The position numbers and the translations under genes were made by a program. Positions 31,943 through 42,556 of a stretch of DNA of 64,000 nucleotides are shown one piece after another; the first letter of the stretch is position 1, and each line of letters opens with the position of its first letter. The stretch comes from an uncultured Eubacteriales bacterium. Lineage in GTDB: Bacteria; Bacillota; Clostridia; TANB77; UBA1234. The stretch covers positions 644 through 64,643 of the forward strand of contig CAYNRR010000008.1 of the NCBI GenBank assembly GCA_964400015.1, in the 5' to 3' direction. The notes beneath the pieces are model-generated. The model saw only the letters and a list, made by a program, of their open reading frames with translations. It was not told where the DNA came from and made no database searches.

Positions 31943-33292
31943 ATGAAAACAATCGCTGCAATAGCTACTTCAATAGGAAGTGGAGGAATAGGAATTATAA
32001 GAATAAGTGGAAATGATGCACTAAATATAATAAATAAAATATTTGTTCCAGTAAAAAAAGGCGAAATAAAGCCATTTACATTGAAATTAGGAAATATAAT
32101 TGATGAGAACGGAAATGCTGTGGATCAAGTACTTGTTTCGTACTTTAAGGCACCAAAATCGTATACTGGAGAAGATGTTTGTGAAATAAATTGTCATGGT
32201 GGAAATATAGCATTAAATAGAGTATTAGAGATAGTTTTACAAAATGGTGCAACACTTGCAGAAGGTGGAGAGTTTACAAAGAGAGCATTTTTAAACGGAA
32301 AACTAGATTTAACACAAGCAGAAGCTGTAATAGATTTGATAAACAGCAAAAGTGAAAGAGAAGGCAAGGCTTCTATAAAGCAATTAGAAGGCAAATTGGG
32401 AAACGAAATAAGAAATATAAAAGATGATATTATAGGCTTACTAGCAGATATTGAAGCAAATATAGATTATCCTGAATATGAAGATATCGAAGATGTGAGA
32501 AGAGAAAGAATTGAAGGATTACTAGAAAAACAAATACAAAAATTACAGCAACTAGAAGAGTCTTTTAAGAGTGGAAAAATATTAAAAGATGGTATAATGA
32601 CTGCGATTGTAGGAAAACCAAATGTTGGCAAATCATCGTTATTAAATAATTTATTAAAAGAAGAAAGAGCAATAGTAACAGAAATAGCAGGTACAACAAG
32701 AGATACAATAGAAGAAAGTGTTACTATAAAGGGAATTACACTAAGACTTATAGATACAGCAGGTATAAGAGAAACAGAAGACGTAGTTGAAAATATAGGC
32801 GTAGAAAAGAGTAAAAATGTACTAAAAAATGCAGAACTAGTTCTATTTTTAGTAGATGGAACTAAAGGCTTTTCATCTGAAGATGAAGAAATATTAAGAG
32901 AAATATCTGATAAGAACTATATCATATTAGTAAATAAAATTGATTTAAAAAACGAGAATATCAATATAGATGATAAAAATATCATTAGAATTTCTGCTAA
33001 AACTGGCGAAGGAATACAAGAATTAGAAAACAAAATAGAAGAAATGTTCAATTTAAAAGGGCTAGAAACAGAAAACGAATTTATTATAACTAATATAAGA
33101 CATAGAGATTTAATAAATAAAACTAAAGAAGGTTTGAAACAAGCTAAAATCACAGTAGAAACTGGATTGCCAATAGATATGATTTCTATAAATATTAAAA
33201 CAGCAATAGAAAGTTTAGGCGAAATTTTAGGCGAATCGGTTTCAGAAGATGTACTTAATAAAATATTTGAAAAGTTTTGCGTGGGAAAATAG
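31943..33292 (+). CDS. mnmE: tRNA modification GTPase MnmE.
   Basis: G domain GKPNVGKSSLLN, DTAGIRE, C-terminal CVGK. Confidence 0.95.
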   Translation: MKTIAAIATSIGSGGIGIIRISGNDALNIINKIFVPVKKGEIKPFTLKLGNIIDENGNAVDQVLVSYFKAPKSYTGEDVCEINCHGGNIALNRVLEIVLQNGATLAEGGEFTKRAFLNGKLDLTQAEAVIDLINSKSEREGKASIKQLEGKLGNEIRNIKDDIIGLLADIEANIDYPEYEDIEDVRRERIEGLLEKQIQKLQQLEESFKSGKILKDGIMTAIVGKPNVGKSSLLNNLLKEERAIVTEIAGTTRDTIEESVTIKGITLRLIDTAGIRETEDVVENIGVEKSKNVLKNAELVLFLVDGTKGFSSEDEEILREISDKNYIILVNKIDLKNENINIDDKNIIRISAKTGEGIQELENKIEEMFNLKGLETENEFIITNIRHRDLINKTKEGLKQAKITVETGLPIDMISINIKTAIESLGEILGESVSEDVLNKIFEKFCVGK

Positions 33293-33325
33293 TCAAATGC
33301 TTACCAATAAAGCTTTTTATAAAAA

Positions 33326-33341
33326 AGTTTCATGTGAAACA
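33326..33341. promoter_or_regulatory. Degenerate parS-like site (14/16).
   Basis: AGTTTCATGTGAAACA versus the TGTTNCACGTGAAACA consensus. Confidence 0.35.
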
Positions 33342-33363
33342 ATAAAAAAGTGAGGAGAAAAAT

Positions 33364-35241
33364 ATGGAATATAATGCTGGAAAATATGATGTTATAGTAA
33401 TTGGTGCTGGACATGCAGGATGCGAGGCTGCACTTGCTTCTGCACGTTTGGGCATGAAAACATGTATTTTTACAATAAATGCAGATAGTATAGCTAATAT
33501 GCCTTGTAATCCTAATATCGGGGGAACTTCAAAAGGACATTTAGTAAGAGAAATAGACGCGCTTGGTGGCGAAATGGGAAAGAATATAGATAAAACTTTT
33601 ATTCAGTCAAAAATGTTGAATAGATCTAAAGGACCAGCTGTATATTCTTTAAGAGCACAAGCAGATAGAAAAAAATATCATGAAACGATGAAACATGTAC
33701 TAGAACTTCAAGAAAACTTGGATGTAAAACAAGCTGAAATTGTTGAATATATTGTTGAAAACAATGAAGTAAAAGGGGTAAAAACTCACATTGGTGCAAT
33801 TTATAATGCAAAAGCTGTGATTTTATGCTCTGGTACATATCTAAAAGGAAAAATCCATATAGGTGAAGTAAATTACGAAAGTGGGCCAGATGGCATATTC
33901 CCAGCTAGATATTTAACAGAAAGTCTTAATAAAATAGGAATAAAAACAAGAAGATTCAAGACAGGAACTCCTGCTAGGGTTAATAGAAGAAGTATTGATT
34001 TTTCAAAAATGGAAATTCAAAATGGTGATGATGAAATAGTACCTTTTTCTTTTGAAAACAAGGATTTAAGCATTGAACAAGTACCATGCTATTTGACTTA
34101 CACAAACGAAAAAACGCATGAAATAATAAGAAATAACTTATATCGTTCACCATTATTTTCTGGGGTAATAGAAGGAACAGGACCAAGATATTGTCCATCA
34201 ATAGAAGATAAAGTTGTAAGATTTGCAGAAAAAGAAAGACATCAAATATTTATTGAACCGATGGGATTAAATACAGAAGAAATGTATGTTCAAGGTATGT
34301 CAAGCAGCTTACCAGAAGACGTTCAGATTGCTATGTATAGAACAATACCAGGGCTTGAAAATGTTGAATTTACTAGACCTGCGTACGCAATAGAATATGA
34401 TTGTATAGATTCAACAGAGTTAAAATTATCTTTAGAATCAAAGCTAATTAGTGGCATATTTTTTGCAGGACAAGTAAATGGTTCTTCTGGGTACGAAGAA
34501 GCTGCTGCACAAGGCTTAATTGCAGGTATAAATGCGGCTCAAAAAATAAAAGGAAAAGAACCACTAATACTTGATAGATCAGATGCTTATATAGGCGTAC
34601 TTATTGATGATTTAGTAACAAAAGGAACTAATGAACCTTACAGAATGATGACTTCTAGAGCAGAATATAGATTGATGTTAAGACAGGACAATAGTGATAA
34701 GAGATTAACGCCTATAGGCTACAAAATAGGCTTGATTTCAAAAGAAAGATACAATAAATTCTTGAAAAAATATGAAAATATAGAAAACGAAATAAGAAGA
34801 GTAAAGAATACAAATATAAAACCAACAGAAAAACTCAACGAAATTCTTAGAAATGCTGGCACAACTGAAGTTAACACAGGTTTTAAATTGGTTGATTTGA
34901 TTAGAAGAACAGAACTAAACTATGATATGTTAGCACCAATAGATGCAGAAAGACCAGAATTAACCAAAGAAGAAAGAGAAGAAGTTAACATAGAATTAAA
35001 ATATGAAGGATATATAAATCTACAATTGGAACAAATAGCAGAATTTAAAAAATTGGAAAAGAAACTTATTCCAGAAGATATTGATTATAACAAAGTACAA
35101 GGTATAAGAATTGAAGCAAGACAAAAGCTAGAAAAATTAAGACCTCATTCGATTGGACAAGCATCAAGAATATCTGGAGTATCACCTGCTGATATAAATG
35201 TTTTGTTAATATATATGAACATGGAAAACGAAAATAATTAA
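33364..35241 (+). CDS. mnmG: tRNA uridine 5-carboxymethylaminomethyl modification enzyme MnmG (GidA).
   Basis: FAD-binding [14 protein letters not shown]. 625 aa. Confidence 0.95.
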   Translation: MEYNAGKYDVIVIGAGHAGCEAALASARLGMKTCIFTINADSIANMPCNPNIGGTSKGHLVREIDALGGEMGKNIDKTFIQSKMLNRSKGPAVYSLRAQADRKKYHETMKHVLELQENLDVKQAEIVEYIVENNEVKGVKTHIGAIYNAKAVILCSGTYLKGKIHIGEVNYESGPDGIFPARYLTESLNKIGIKTRRFKTGTPARVNRRSIDFSKMEIQNGDDEIVPFSFENKDLSIEQVPCYLTYTNEKTHEIIRNNLYRSPLFSGVIEGTGPRYCPSIEDKVVRFAEKERHQIFIEPMGLNTEEMYVQGMSSSLPEDVQIAMYRTIPGLENVEFTRPAYAIEYDCIDSTELKLSLESKLISGIFFAGQVNGSSGYEEAAAQGLIAGINAAQKIKGKEPLILDRSDAYIGVLIDDLVTKGTNEPYRMMTSRAEYRLMLRQDNSDKRLTPIGYKIGLISKERYNKFLKKYENIENEIRRVKNTNIKPTEKLNEILRNAGTTEVNTGFKLVDLIRRTELNYDMLAPIDAERPELTKEEREEVNIELKYEGYINLQLEQIAEFKKLEKKLIPEDIDYNKVQGIRIEARQKLEKLRPHSIGQASRISGVSPADINVLLIYMNMENENN

Positions 35242-35366
35242 AGCACAAAAATACCTTTAAAACGAATTTTAAAACTAAAAACGTATTCTTTTATGATTGA
35301 AGATAAAAATGCTTTATAAACGAAATATGAAACAAATAAAATATAAGTAAACCAAAAGGAGAAATT

Positions 35367-36071
35367 ATGGAAACTCTACTTAAAAATTTGGCAAATGAAA
35401 TGAATATAAATTTAACTGATAAAATGATAGAGCAATTTTTTACATACAAAAAGATGTTACTTGAATGGAATGAAAAGATAAATTTAACAGCAATAACAGA
35501 TGAAAAAGAAATAATAATAAAACATTTTATCGATTCTTTAACTATAGAAAAATATATTCCTCAAAATGCTAAAATAATTGATGTTGGCACTGGTGCTGGT
35601 TTTCCAGGCATACCAATAAAAATAGTTAGGTCTGATGTGGAAGTAGTTCTTTTAGATTCTTTAAATAAAAGAATAAACTTTTTGAATGAAGTTATAAGAG
35701 AATGCGATTTAAACAATATAAGCACTATACATGGTAGAGCAGAAGATGTAGCACATAATCTTCAATATAGAGAAAAGTTTGACATAGCAACAGCACGTGC
35801 TGTTGCCAATATATCAACACTTTCAGAGTTATGTACCCCATTTCTAAAAATTAGTGGTGAATTTGTATGCATGAAAGCTGATGCTACAGAAGAAATGAAA
35901 AATGCAAAAACAGCTTTAAAAATATTAGGAATGAAAGAAATAAAAATTGATAATATTGTTTTACCAGAGATAAATGCTGAAAGAACAATTATCATATATG
36001 AAAAAGAAAAACAAACACCTAAAATATATCCTAGAAAGGCTGGAACGCCAAGTAAAACACCATTATCATAA
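35367..36071 (+). CDS. rsmG: 16S rRNA m7G527 methyltransferase RsmG (GidB).
   Basis: SAM motif DVGTGAGFPGIPI. Conserved position. Confidence 0.9.
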   Translation: METLLKNLANEMNINLTDKMIEQFFTYKKMLLEWNEKINLTAITDEKEIIIKHFIDSLTIEKYIPQNAKIIDVGTGAGFPGIPIKIVRSDVEVVLLDSLNKRINFLNEVIRECDLNNISTIHGRAEDVAHNLQYREKFDIATARAVANISTLSELCTPFLKISGEFVCMKADATEEMKNAKTALKILGMKEIKIDNIVLPEINAERTIIIYEKEKQTPKIYPRKAGTPSKTPLS

Positions 36072-36078
36072 CTGATGT

Positions 36079-36094
36079 TGTTTCACGTGAAACT
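36079..36094. promoter_or_regulatory. parS centromere site (15/16 match).
   Basis: TGTTTCACGTGAAACT. Upstream of soj. Confidence 0.75.
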
Positions 36095-36204
36095 TAAAGA
36101 TAAATGTATTAAAAATACATTTATTTTTTTACGCATTTTTGTATACAAAAATAAATTTTATAGATATAATATTTTTGGTAATGGAAGAAAAAATGAAAAT
36201 ATAA

Positions 36205-36220
36205 TGTTTCACATGAAACA
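36205..36220. promoter_or_regulatory. parS-like site (15/16).
   Basis: TGTTTCACATGAAACA, immediately upstream of the soj SD. Confidence 0.65.
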
Positions 36221-36234
36221 AAACGGAGGTAAAA

Positions 36235-37005
36235 ATGGGAAAAATTATATCAATTGCAAATCAAAAGGGAGGAGTTGGAAAAACTACTACTTCAGTTAAT
36301 ATAAGTGCTTGCCTTGCCCTTGCTGGCAAGAAAGTTTTACTAATTGATGCCGATCCTCAAGGAAATGCAACAAGTGGTGTTGGTGGTAAAAAAGATGTTG
36401 AAAAGTCTACATATGACTTAATAGTTCATCAAGAAGAGTTAAAGAATGTGATACAAACTTCTGCTGTTACAAATTTAGATTTATGTGCTTCAAACATAAA
36501 TCTTGCAGGTGCAGAAGTAGAGCTTGTTTCACAAATTTCAAGAGAAACAAAATTAAAAGAAGTGCTAGAACCTGCTAAATCAGAATATGATTATATTATT
36601 ATAGATTGTCCACCATCTTTAGGATTGGTAACTTTAAATGCTTTGACGGCTTCTGATTCAGTATTGGTGCCTATTCAATGCGAATATTATGCACTAGAGG
36701 GATTAGGACAATTGATGAGCACTATTGATTTAGTACAAAGACATCTTAATAAAAAACTTGATATTGAAGGTGTTGTACTTACAATGTATGATGCTAGAAC
36801 AAATCTTTCAAGACAAGTAATTGAAGAAGTTAAAAAATACTTTAAAAACAAAGTATATAAAACAATTATACCTAGAAACGTTAAACTTAGTGAAGCTCCA
36901 AGTTATGGACTTCCTATAAATATGTATGATAAAAAATCAGAGGGGGCCAGAGCATATACAGCTCTTGCAAATGAAATTATAAGACAAAATAAAATAAGAA
37001 ATTAA
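36235..37005 (+). CDS. soj: ParA/Soj chromosome partitioning ATPase.
   Basis: Deviant Walker A KGGVGKTTT. 256 aa. Confidence 0.9.
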   Translation: MGKIISIANQKGGVGKTTTSVNISACLALAGKKVLLIDADPQGNATSGVGGKKDVEKSTYDLIVHQEELKNVIQTSAVTNLDLCASNINLAGAEVELVSQISRETKLKEVLEPAKSEYDYIIIDCPPSLGLVTLNALTASDSVLVPIQCEYYALEGLGQLMSTIDLVQRHLNKKLDIEGVVLTMYDARTNLSRQVIEEVKKYFKNKVYKTIIPRNVKLSEAPSYGLPINMYDKKSEGARAYTALANEIIRQNKIRN

Positions 37006-37016
37006 GGAGGTAAATC

Positions 37017-37901
37017 ATGGCTTTAGGTAAGAGTGGACTTGGAAAAGGCTTAGACGCTTTATTTCCATCAAATGTAGATGTTGATTCGTTAGGTGGTATT
37101 CCTTCAACAAATAATGAAAAAATTGTAGAAATGAAAATTACAGAAATAGAACCAGATACTAATCAACCAAGAAAAAAATTTAATGAAGAAAAATTGGTAG
37201 AACTTGCAGATTCTATAAAAGAACATGGTGTTTTACAACCAATTATAGTTGCTAAAAAAGATGATTATTATCAAATAATAGCAGGTGAAAGAAGATGGAG
37301 AGCTTCTAAAATAGCAGGATTAAAAACAATTCCTACAATAGTAAGAGATTATGATGAAAAGAAAATTAGAGAAGTTTCTTTGATTGAAAATATACAAAGA
37401 GAAAATTTAAATCCGATAGAAACAGCACAAGCTATAAAAGAATTGATGGAAGAACATAATTTAACACAAGAACAATTGGCTAAAACACTTGGAAAAAGTA
37501 GAAGTGCAATAGCAAACACGGTTAGAATATTAAACTTAGATGAAAGAGTAATTGAGCTAGTAAATGAAGGCAAATTAACTGAAGGACATGCAAGAAGTTT
37601 AGTAGCAATTTCTAATCAACAAAAACAATATAAATTGGCAATGGATATTGTTAATTTAGATATGAGCGTTAGAGACGCTGAAACATTGGTAAAAGAAGAA
37701 AAAAACAATAAAGACAAGAGCCAAAAGAAAAATACTTCAGAAAAACTAGAAATAATTTATAAAGATTTTGAAAATAGATTAAAAAATTCTTTAGGAACTA
37801 AAGTAGCGTTTAGACCTCAAACAAAATCAAAAGGTAAAATAATAATTGAATACTTTAATTCTGATGAATTAGAAAGACTATTAGAAAAATTTGAAAAATA
37901 G
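37017..37901 (+). CDS. spo0J: ParB/Spo0J (parS-binding, CTPase).
   Basis: ParB box GERRWRA, HTH, C-terminal dimerisation domain. Confidence 0.9.
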   Translation: MALGKSGLGKGLDALFPSNVDVDSLGGIPSTNNEKIVEMKITEIEPDTNQPRKKFNEEKLVELADSIKEHGVLQPIIVAKKDDYYQIIAGERRWRASKIAGLKTIPTIVRDYDEKKIREVSLIENIQRENLNPIETAQAIKELMEEHNLTQEQLAKTLGKSRSAIANTVRILNLDERVIELVNEGKLTEGHARSLVAISNQQKQYKLAMDIVNLDMSVRDAETLVKEEKNNKDKSQKKNTSEKLEIIYKDFENRLKNSLGTKVAFRPQTKSKGKIIIEYFNSDELERLLEKFEK

Positions 37902-37933
37902 ATTATAAAAAAGCATAGCAAGGGGATGGTAAT

Positions 37934-38476
37934 TTGAAAATATTATTAGAATCAAAAGAATTGCTTATTCTTACAATTGCAGTATTTGCAATGCTTTTAA
38001 TAAATTTTACACTATTGATATACAATATGAATACGACAAGAATGTTGAAAAAGAAATATAATGAATTTATGACTCGTTTGGGAAAAGGCGAGGACATAAC
38101 AGATATGCTAAGTAAATATATTCAAGATGTAATAAATGTAAGTGAAGAAAATCAAAATTTAAAGAAATATTGCAAAGAATTAGAAAAAAATATGAATAAG
38201 TGCATTCAAAAAGTTGGAATGGTAAGATACAATCCATATCAACATACAGGAAGCGATTTGTGTTTTGCGTTGGCACTACTTGATTTTGAAGATAACGGAG
38301 TAGTTATAAATGGAATTTATTCGCGTGATAACACTACAAATACATATGCTAAACCAATAGAACGAGGCACTTCAAAATACACCTTAGTCAAGGAAGAAGA
38401 AGAAGCTTTGAATATTGCAAAGCAAAGTGGATATAAATATTTTATGACAGTTAATAGTGAAAACACAAAAAAATAA
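37934..38476 (+). CDS. DUF4446-family protein, the conserved gene after parB in Clostridia.
   Basis: N-terminal TM helix, coiled region. Conserved position. TTG start after AAGGGGA. Confidence 0.6.
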   Translation: MKILLESKELLILTIAVFAMLLINFTLLIYNMNTTRMLKKKYNEFMTRLGKGEDITDMLSKYIQDVINVSEENQNLKKYCKELEKNMNKCIQKVGMVRYNPYQHTGSDLCFALALLDFEDNGVVINGIYSRDNTTNTYAKPIERGTSKYTLVKEEEEALNIAKQSGYKYFMTVNSENTKK

Positions 38477-38494
38477 GTATGAAATTGAAAGTGA

Positions 38495-39232
38495 GTGAGT
38501 ATACTGAAGATAAATTTTTTGAATAAGAAACATCTGTTATTTATTATAATAGCGATAATAGTGGTGATGATATTTTGTGTGGTATATTTTTGGAATAAGA
38601 AAAATAAAGATAGTGAGAATACAGAAGTTATCAGATTCACAAATGTATATGCAAATACCTCTACATCATCGATCAAAGGATATGAAGATGGCGTAGAAGA
38701 ATTTTTAAAATTGGCAAAAGAAAACTTGATTGAGTTTGAATCGGAACTTGAAGAAAATTGTTATAATATTACACCTGATTTTGTAAAAGAAAATTCAGAT
38801 TATAAAATCTTCAAATTCAATGATACAGCAGAAACATATATTGTTTATGAAAAAAATATATACAAAATAGGAAATAACAAAAGAGAAAGGGGAACAACAA
38901 GTTTTGGACTTGCAGATATAAACAATGATGGAATATTAGAACTTTTCTATACGTATATGTGGAAAGTATCAGGTGTTTCACGTACTAATGTATCATACTT
39001 CGATCCGATAACTAAAAAAGAAGTAGGTATAAATGAAAACTATGTTGAAAATAGTGCAGTTTTAATCAAAAAAGACAATGACCTAGTAATATATGATGGA
39101 ACAATATCAAATGAAAAAGATTATACAAATTTCAATGTGACTTCAAGATCAGAAAATGGAATCTTAATAAATGATAAGGGGACAGTAAAAGTTATAAAGC
39201 GATTTATGTTTGATGAAATTTTTCCTGAATAA
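38495..39232 (+). CDS. Membrane-anchored hypothetical protein with an FG-GAP/VCBS-like DINNDG motif.
   Basis: N-terminal TM LLFIIIAIIVVMIFCVVYF. GLADINNDGILELFY. Confidence 0.45.
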   Translation: MSILKINFLNKKHLLFIIIAIIVVMIFCVVYFWNKKNKDSENTEVIRFTNVYANTSTSSIKGYEDGVEEFLKLAKENLIEFESELEENCYNITPDFVKENSDYKIFKFNDTAETYIVYEKNIYKIGNNKRERGTTSFGLADINNDGILELFYTYMWKVSGVSRTNVSYFDPITKKEVGINENYVENSAVLIKKDNDLVIYDGTISNEKDYTNFNVTSRSENGILINDKGTVKVIKRFMFDEIFPE

Positions 39233-39233
39233 A

Positions 39234-39292
39234 ATTTTAATAATACTGTTGACAAGAAATATTTTAGATGTTAATATATTTCTTGTCGACAG
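39234..39292 (+). promoter_or_regulatory. tRNA-Ser promoter TTGACA-17-TAATAT, embedded in a 15-bp inverted repeat.
   Basis: TTGACA 39249-39254, TAATAT 39272-39277. GTTGACAAGAAATAT / ATATTTCTTGTCGAC arms flank the -10. Confidence 0.55.
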
Positions 39293-39305
39293 CGATAGGT
39301 CACAT

Positions 39306-39396
<91 letters not shown>

Positions 39397-39404
39397 AACA
39401 ATTT

Positions 39405-39496
39405 GGAGACATACCCAAGCCGGTCGAAGGGGACAGTTTGCTAAACTGTTAGGGTTCGCAAGGGCCGCGAGAGTTCGAATCTCTCTGTCTCCGCCA
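39405..39496 (+). tRNA. tRNA-Ser (anticodon GCT).
   Basis: GGAGACA acceptor, anticodon loop TTGCTAA, long variable arm, GGTTCGAATC T-arm, CCA. Confidence 0.9.
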
Positions 39497-39497
39497 A

Positions 39498-39527
39498 AAG
39501 GACAACTTTGGGTTGTCTTTTTTTTTA
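39498..39527 (+). terminator. Intrinsic terminator after the tRNA-Ser pair.
   Basis: GGACAAC/GTTGTC stem then T9. Confidence 0.7.
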
Positions 39528-39633
39528 TGCTCAAAAATACGGAAATCTAGTCATAAGTAAGTTTTTAAGACTTGATATAAAATAAAAATGATGTATAATG
39601 AGGTATGAAAAAATACAGTTGGAGGGGAGTTTT

Positions 39634-40209
39634 ATGAAAATAATTTTGGCTTCAAAATCGCCTAGAAGAAAGGAATTACTATCATATATAACTAATAAAT
39701 TTGAAGTGGTTGTAAGTGCGGCAGATGAAATTGTAGACAATACGTTAACACCAGAAGAGCAAGTAAAAGAGATAGCATTGCAAAAGGCAAATGATGTAGC
39801 TTCAAAATATGATGAAGATTGCATTATCATTGGAAGTGACACAATAGTTGTGTGTAAAGACAATGAAATATTAGGCAAACCTAAAAATGAAGAAGACGCA
39901 AAAAGAATGCTAAGAAAATTGTCAGGAGATGTACATCAAGTAATGACAGGATTGGCAATTATAATAAAAAACGGAAACACTGTAAACACAGATGTAAGCG
40001 TTGATATAGCTGATGTTTACGTGAATGAATTATCAGAAGAAGAAATACAATCATGGCTTGACACAGGCAATGCTTGGGATAAAGCAGGGGCATATGCAAT
40101 CCAGCAAGAATTTGCAGTACATATAAACAAAATAAATGGAAGTTATGCAACAGTTATGGGATTACCAATACACAAAGTTTATCAAGTAATAAAAAATTAT
40201 TTAAAATAA
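39634..40209 (+). CDS. maf: Maf-like nucleoside triphosphate pyrophosphatase.
   Basis: MKIILASKSPRRKELL... Maf signature. The start is at 39634 after GGAGGGG. Confidence 0.85.
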   Translation: MKIILASKSPRRKELLSYITNKFEVVVSAADEIVDNTLTPEEQVKEIALQKANDVASKYDEDCIIIGSDTIVVCKDNEILGKPKNEEDAKRMLRKLSGDVHQVMTGLAIIIKNGNTVNTDVSVDIADVYVNELSEEEIQSWLDTGNAWDKAGAYAIQQEFAVHINKINGSYATVMGLPIHKVYQVIKNYLK

Positions 40210-40224
40210 ACGGAGGATTTACAA

Positions 40225-41184
40225 ATGAAAAAGAAAAGAAAAAACACGAAGTCGAATCAAAGAATCATTGAAATCATTCTTTCAGTAGTTATTATCGTTG
40301 CTTTAATTTATTTTGAACCTCTTTTGTCGTCTGATGTTCCAGATGATGTGACTATACCATTTGAAACAAATCAAACGACAGCAACGGATAAACTTGAAAG
40401 TATGCCAACTATTCAAAATGGCGAATTAAAAGTTTATCTATTTGATGTTGGACAAGCTGATTGTATATTGGTATCATGCAATGATTCTTATATGATGATA
40501 GATGCTGGAAATAACCCAGATGGCAAGCTTATAGTCAAACAGTTAAACGAAATGGGAATAACTCGTCTGGATTATTTGGTGGGCACACACACACATGAAG
40601 ATCATATAGGTGGACTTGATAATGTAATCGAAAACTTTGATATAGGTGTGCTATACATGCCAGATGTTACTTACAGTTCAGCAACATACAGAGATGTCGT
40701 AGAAGCTGCAGAAAGTAAAAACGTAGAAAAAATTGCACCAGAGATAGGATATGTATTTTATCTAGGTGATGCAAAATGCGAGATAATGGGAATTGACAAT
40801 GAAGATAAGGACCCTAACATTAACTCAATCATAATCGAAGTGACATATGGAAACAACAAATTTCTATTTACTGGTGATGCAGAAATCGAAAACGAAGAAA
40901 GACGTTTATGGAACGATGTAGATGTCTTAAAAGTAGCACATCATGGTTCAAGCACAAGTTCTTCAGAAGACTTTATGGAACAAGTAAAACCTGAAATAGC
41001 ACTTATTTCAGTTGGTACAGATAATTCGTATGGTCATCCACACAAAGAAGTAATGGAACTTCTAGAATCGTATGATCTAGAAATATACAGAACAGATCTT
41101 TTAGGAACAATCGTAGTCACCAGCAATGGTAGCGAATGCACAGTAGAAACATTTGAATCAATTGATTTAGATGGTAACAAATAA
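40225..41184 (+). CDS. Membrane-anchored MBL-fold metallo-hydrolase (ComEC C-terminal-domain-like).
   Basis: N-terminal TM. HTHEDHIGG (HxHxDH). Downstream His/Asp ligands. Confidence 0.7.
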   Translation: MKKKRKNTKSNQRIIEIILSVVIIVALIYFEPLLSSDVPDDVTIPFETNQTTATDKLESMPTIQNGELKVYLFDVGQADCILVSCNDSYMMIDAGNNPDGKLIVKQLNEMGITRLDYLVGTHTHEDHIGGLDNVIENFDIGVLYMPDVTYSSATYRDVVEAAESKNVEKIAPEIGYVFYLGDAKCEIMGIDNEDKDPNINSIIIEVTYGNNKFLFTGDAEIENEERRLWNDVDVLKVAHHGSSTSSSEDFMEQVKPEIALISVGTDNSYGHPHKEVMELLESYDLEIYRTDLLGTIVVTSNGSECTVETFESIDLDGNK

Positions 41185-41191
41185 AAAAAGA

Positions 41192-41226
41192 GCCAATGGG
41201 TTGAAAAATCCATTGGCATTTTTTTA
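41192..41226. terminator. Bidirectional terminator between the MBL hydrolase (+) and the SLH protein (-).
   Basis: GCCAATGG...CCATTGGC stem with flanking A/T runs. Confidence 0.7.
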
Positions 41227-41227
41227 T

Positions 41228-42334
41228 CTATTTTAAATCACCAGAATTACTATTCAAACTATTTGTTTCAATTTGTTTTAATAGCTTATAACATAGTTCA
41301 GCAGCTTCTCCACGAGTTGTTGTTCTACCTGTATTTATCGCGTTATTTGAATCACCTTGAATTATTTTGTATGCTGTAAGATTAGAAATAGCTTTTAAAG
41401 CCCAAGAAGGAATATTATCTGCATCAGTGTAATTCAATCTACTGCTAGTGTTTGAAGAATTTGTTTTCATTAGCAAAGCATTATTTATCATCACAAAAGC
41501 TTCACCTCTAGTAATCAAATCATTAGGATGGAAATAGATAGTTCCACTATCAGATACACCACTTATAATTTTCATGTTGTATGCTAAAGTTACCTTTTCT
41601 AATAACCAGCTTGGCATATCTTTTTCATCAGCAAACTTGATTTCCATATTTTCGCCAGAATAATCAGTATCGTTAGCATCAACTATTGATAAAACAAACA
41701 ATAAAAATTCAGCACGTGTCATATCCTTATCAGGACAAAAATAAAAATCATCATTTATTTCTTCACCAATAATCATGCCACGAGCAGCTAAATGAGAAGC
41801 AGAAAAGTTAGCCCAATGATCTTGCATATCTTCATAGTAAAAAGGAATTATAGGTTCTGAAACGCCTCTTACTGTAATAGAAATAGTACCAACATTAGAA
41901 TATAAATCACCAGATTCTAATCTAAAAGTAAACGTATCAGTACCTGTGAAATCCATAACAGGTTGGTATGTGAATAAAGGTTCACTTATTGTTTCTTGTG
42001 AAACAATACCATGAGAAGGTTCTGTAACTACAACAAAATTGAAAGTTTCATCACCAGAAACAATTGCTTCAAAAGCAGCTTCTAAAGAATCATTTTTATC
42101 AATAGTAAAATCTGAATCTACAGCAGTACTGTCTAACACATTTGAAAAACTATTATCAATATCTCCACTAATTGAATCTCCGCTTAATGTAGGCTCTTCA
42201 GTTGAAACATCACCACTAGTTATAGTATCACCAGAAACATCTCCTGATGGCAATTGACTAGTAGCTAATGCAAAACTAGAACCAAGAATTATAAATAGCG
42301 AAGTAATCACTAAAAATTTTTTCTTGAAATTCAT
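41228..42334 (-). CDS. S-layer-homology (SLH) domain surface protein.
   Basis: Signal peptide MNFKKKFLVITSLFIILGSSFALA. C-terminal SLH-type repeats (..TRAEFLLFVL.., ..ITRGEAFVMI.., ..TTRGEAAELCYKLL). Confidence 0.65.
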   Translation of the reverse strand: MNFKKKFLVITSLFIILGSSFALATSQLPSGDVSGDTITSGDVSTEEPTLSGDSISGDIDNSFSNVLDSTAVDSDFTIDKNDSLEAAFEAIVSGDETFNFVVVTEPSHGIVSQETISEPLFTYQPVMDFTGTDTFTFRLESGDLYSNVGTISITVRGVSEPIIPFYYEDMQDHWANFSASHLAARGMIIGEEINDDFYFCPDKDMTRAEFLLFVLSIVDANDTDYSGENMEIKFADEKDMPSWLLEKVTLAYNMKIISGVSDSGTIYFHPNDLITRGEAFVMINNALLMKTNSSNTSSRLNYTDADNIPSWALKAISNLTAYKIIQGDSNNAINTGRTTTRGEAAELCYKLLKQIETNSLNSNSGDLK

Positions 42335-42556
42335 AAAAATACCTCCATAAAATATTTAAATATTTTGTGTCACTAGTATTGTTGACGTTTCATAACTTAA
42401 ATATAACAGACAAAATATGGTAAAATCATTCTAAAAAATGTAAAAACAAGGTAAAAAATAGAAAATAATACTAAAATTTGCATAAAAATTTGACAAGAGT
42501 GAAAAATAGTAGTAGAATGCGATACGTTCGACGTTATATCAAGGAAGGAGTATTTA

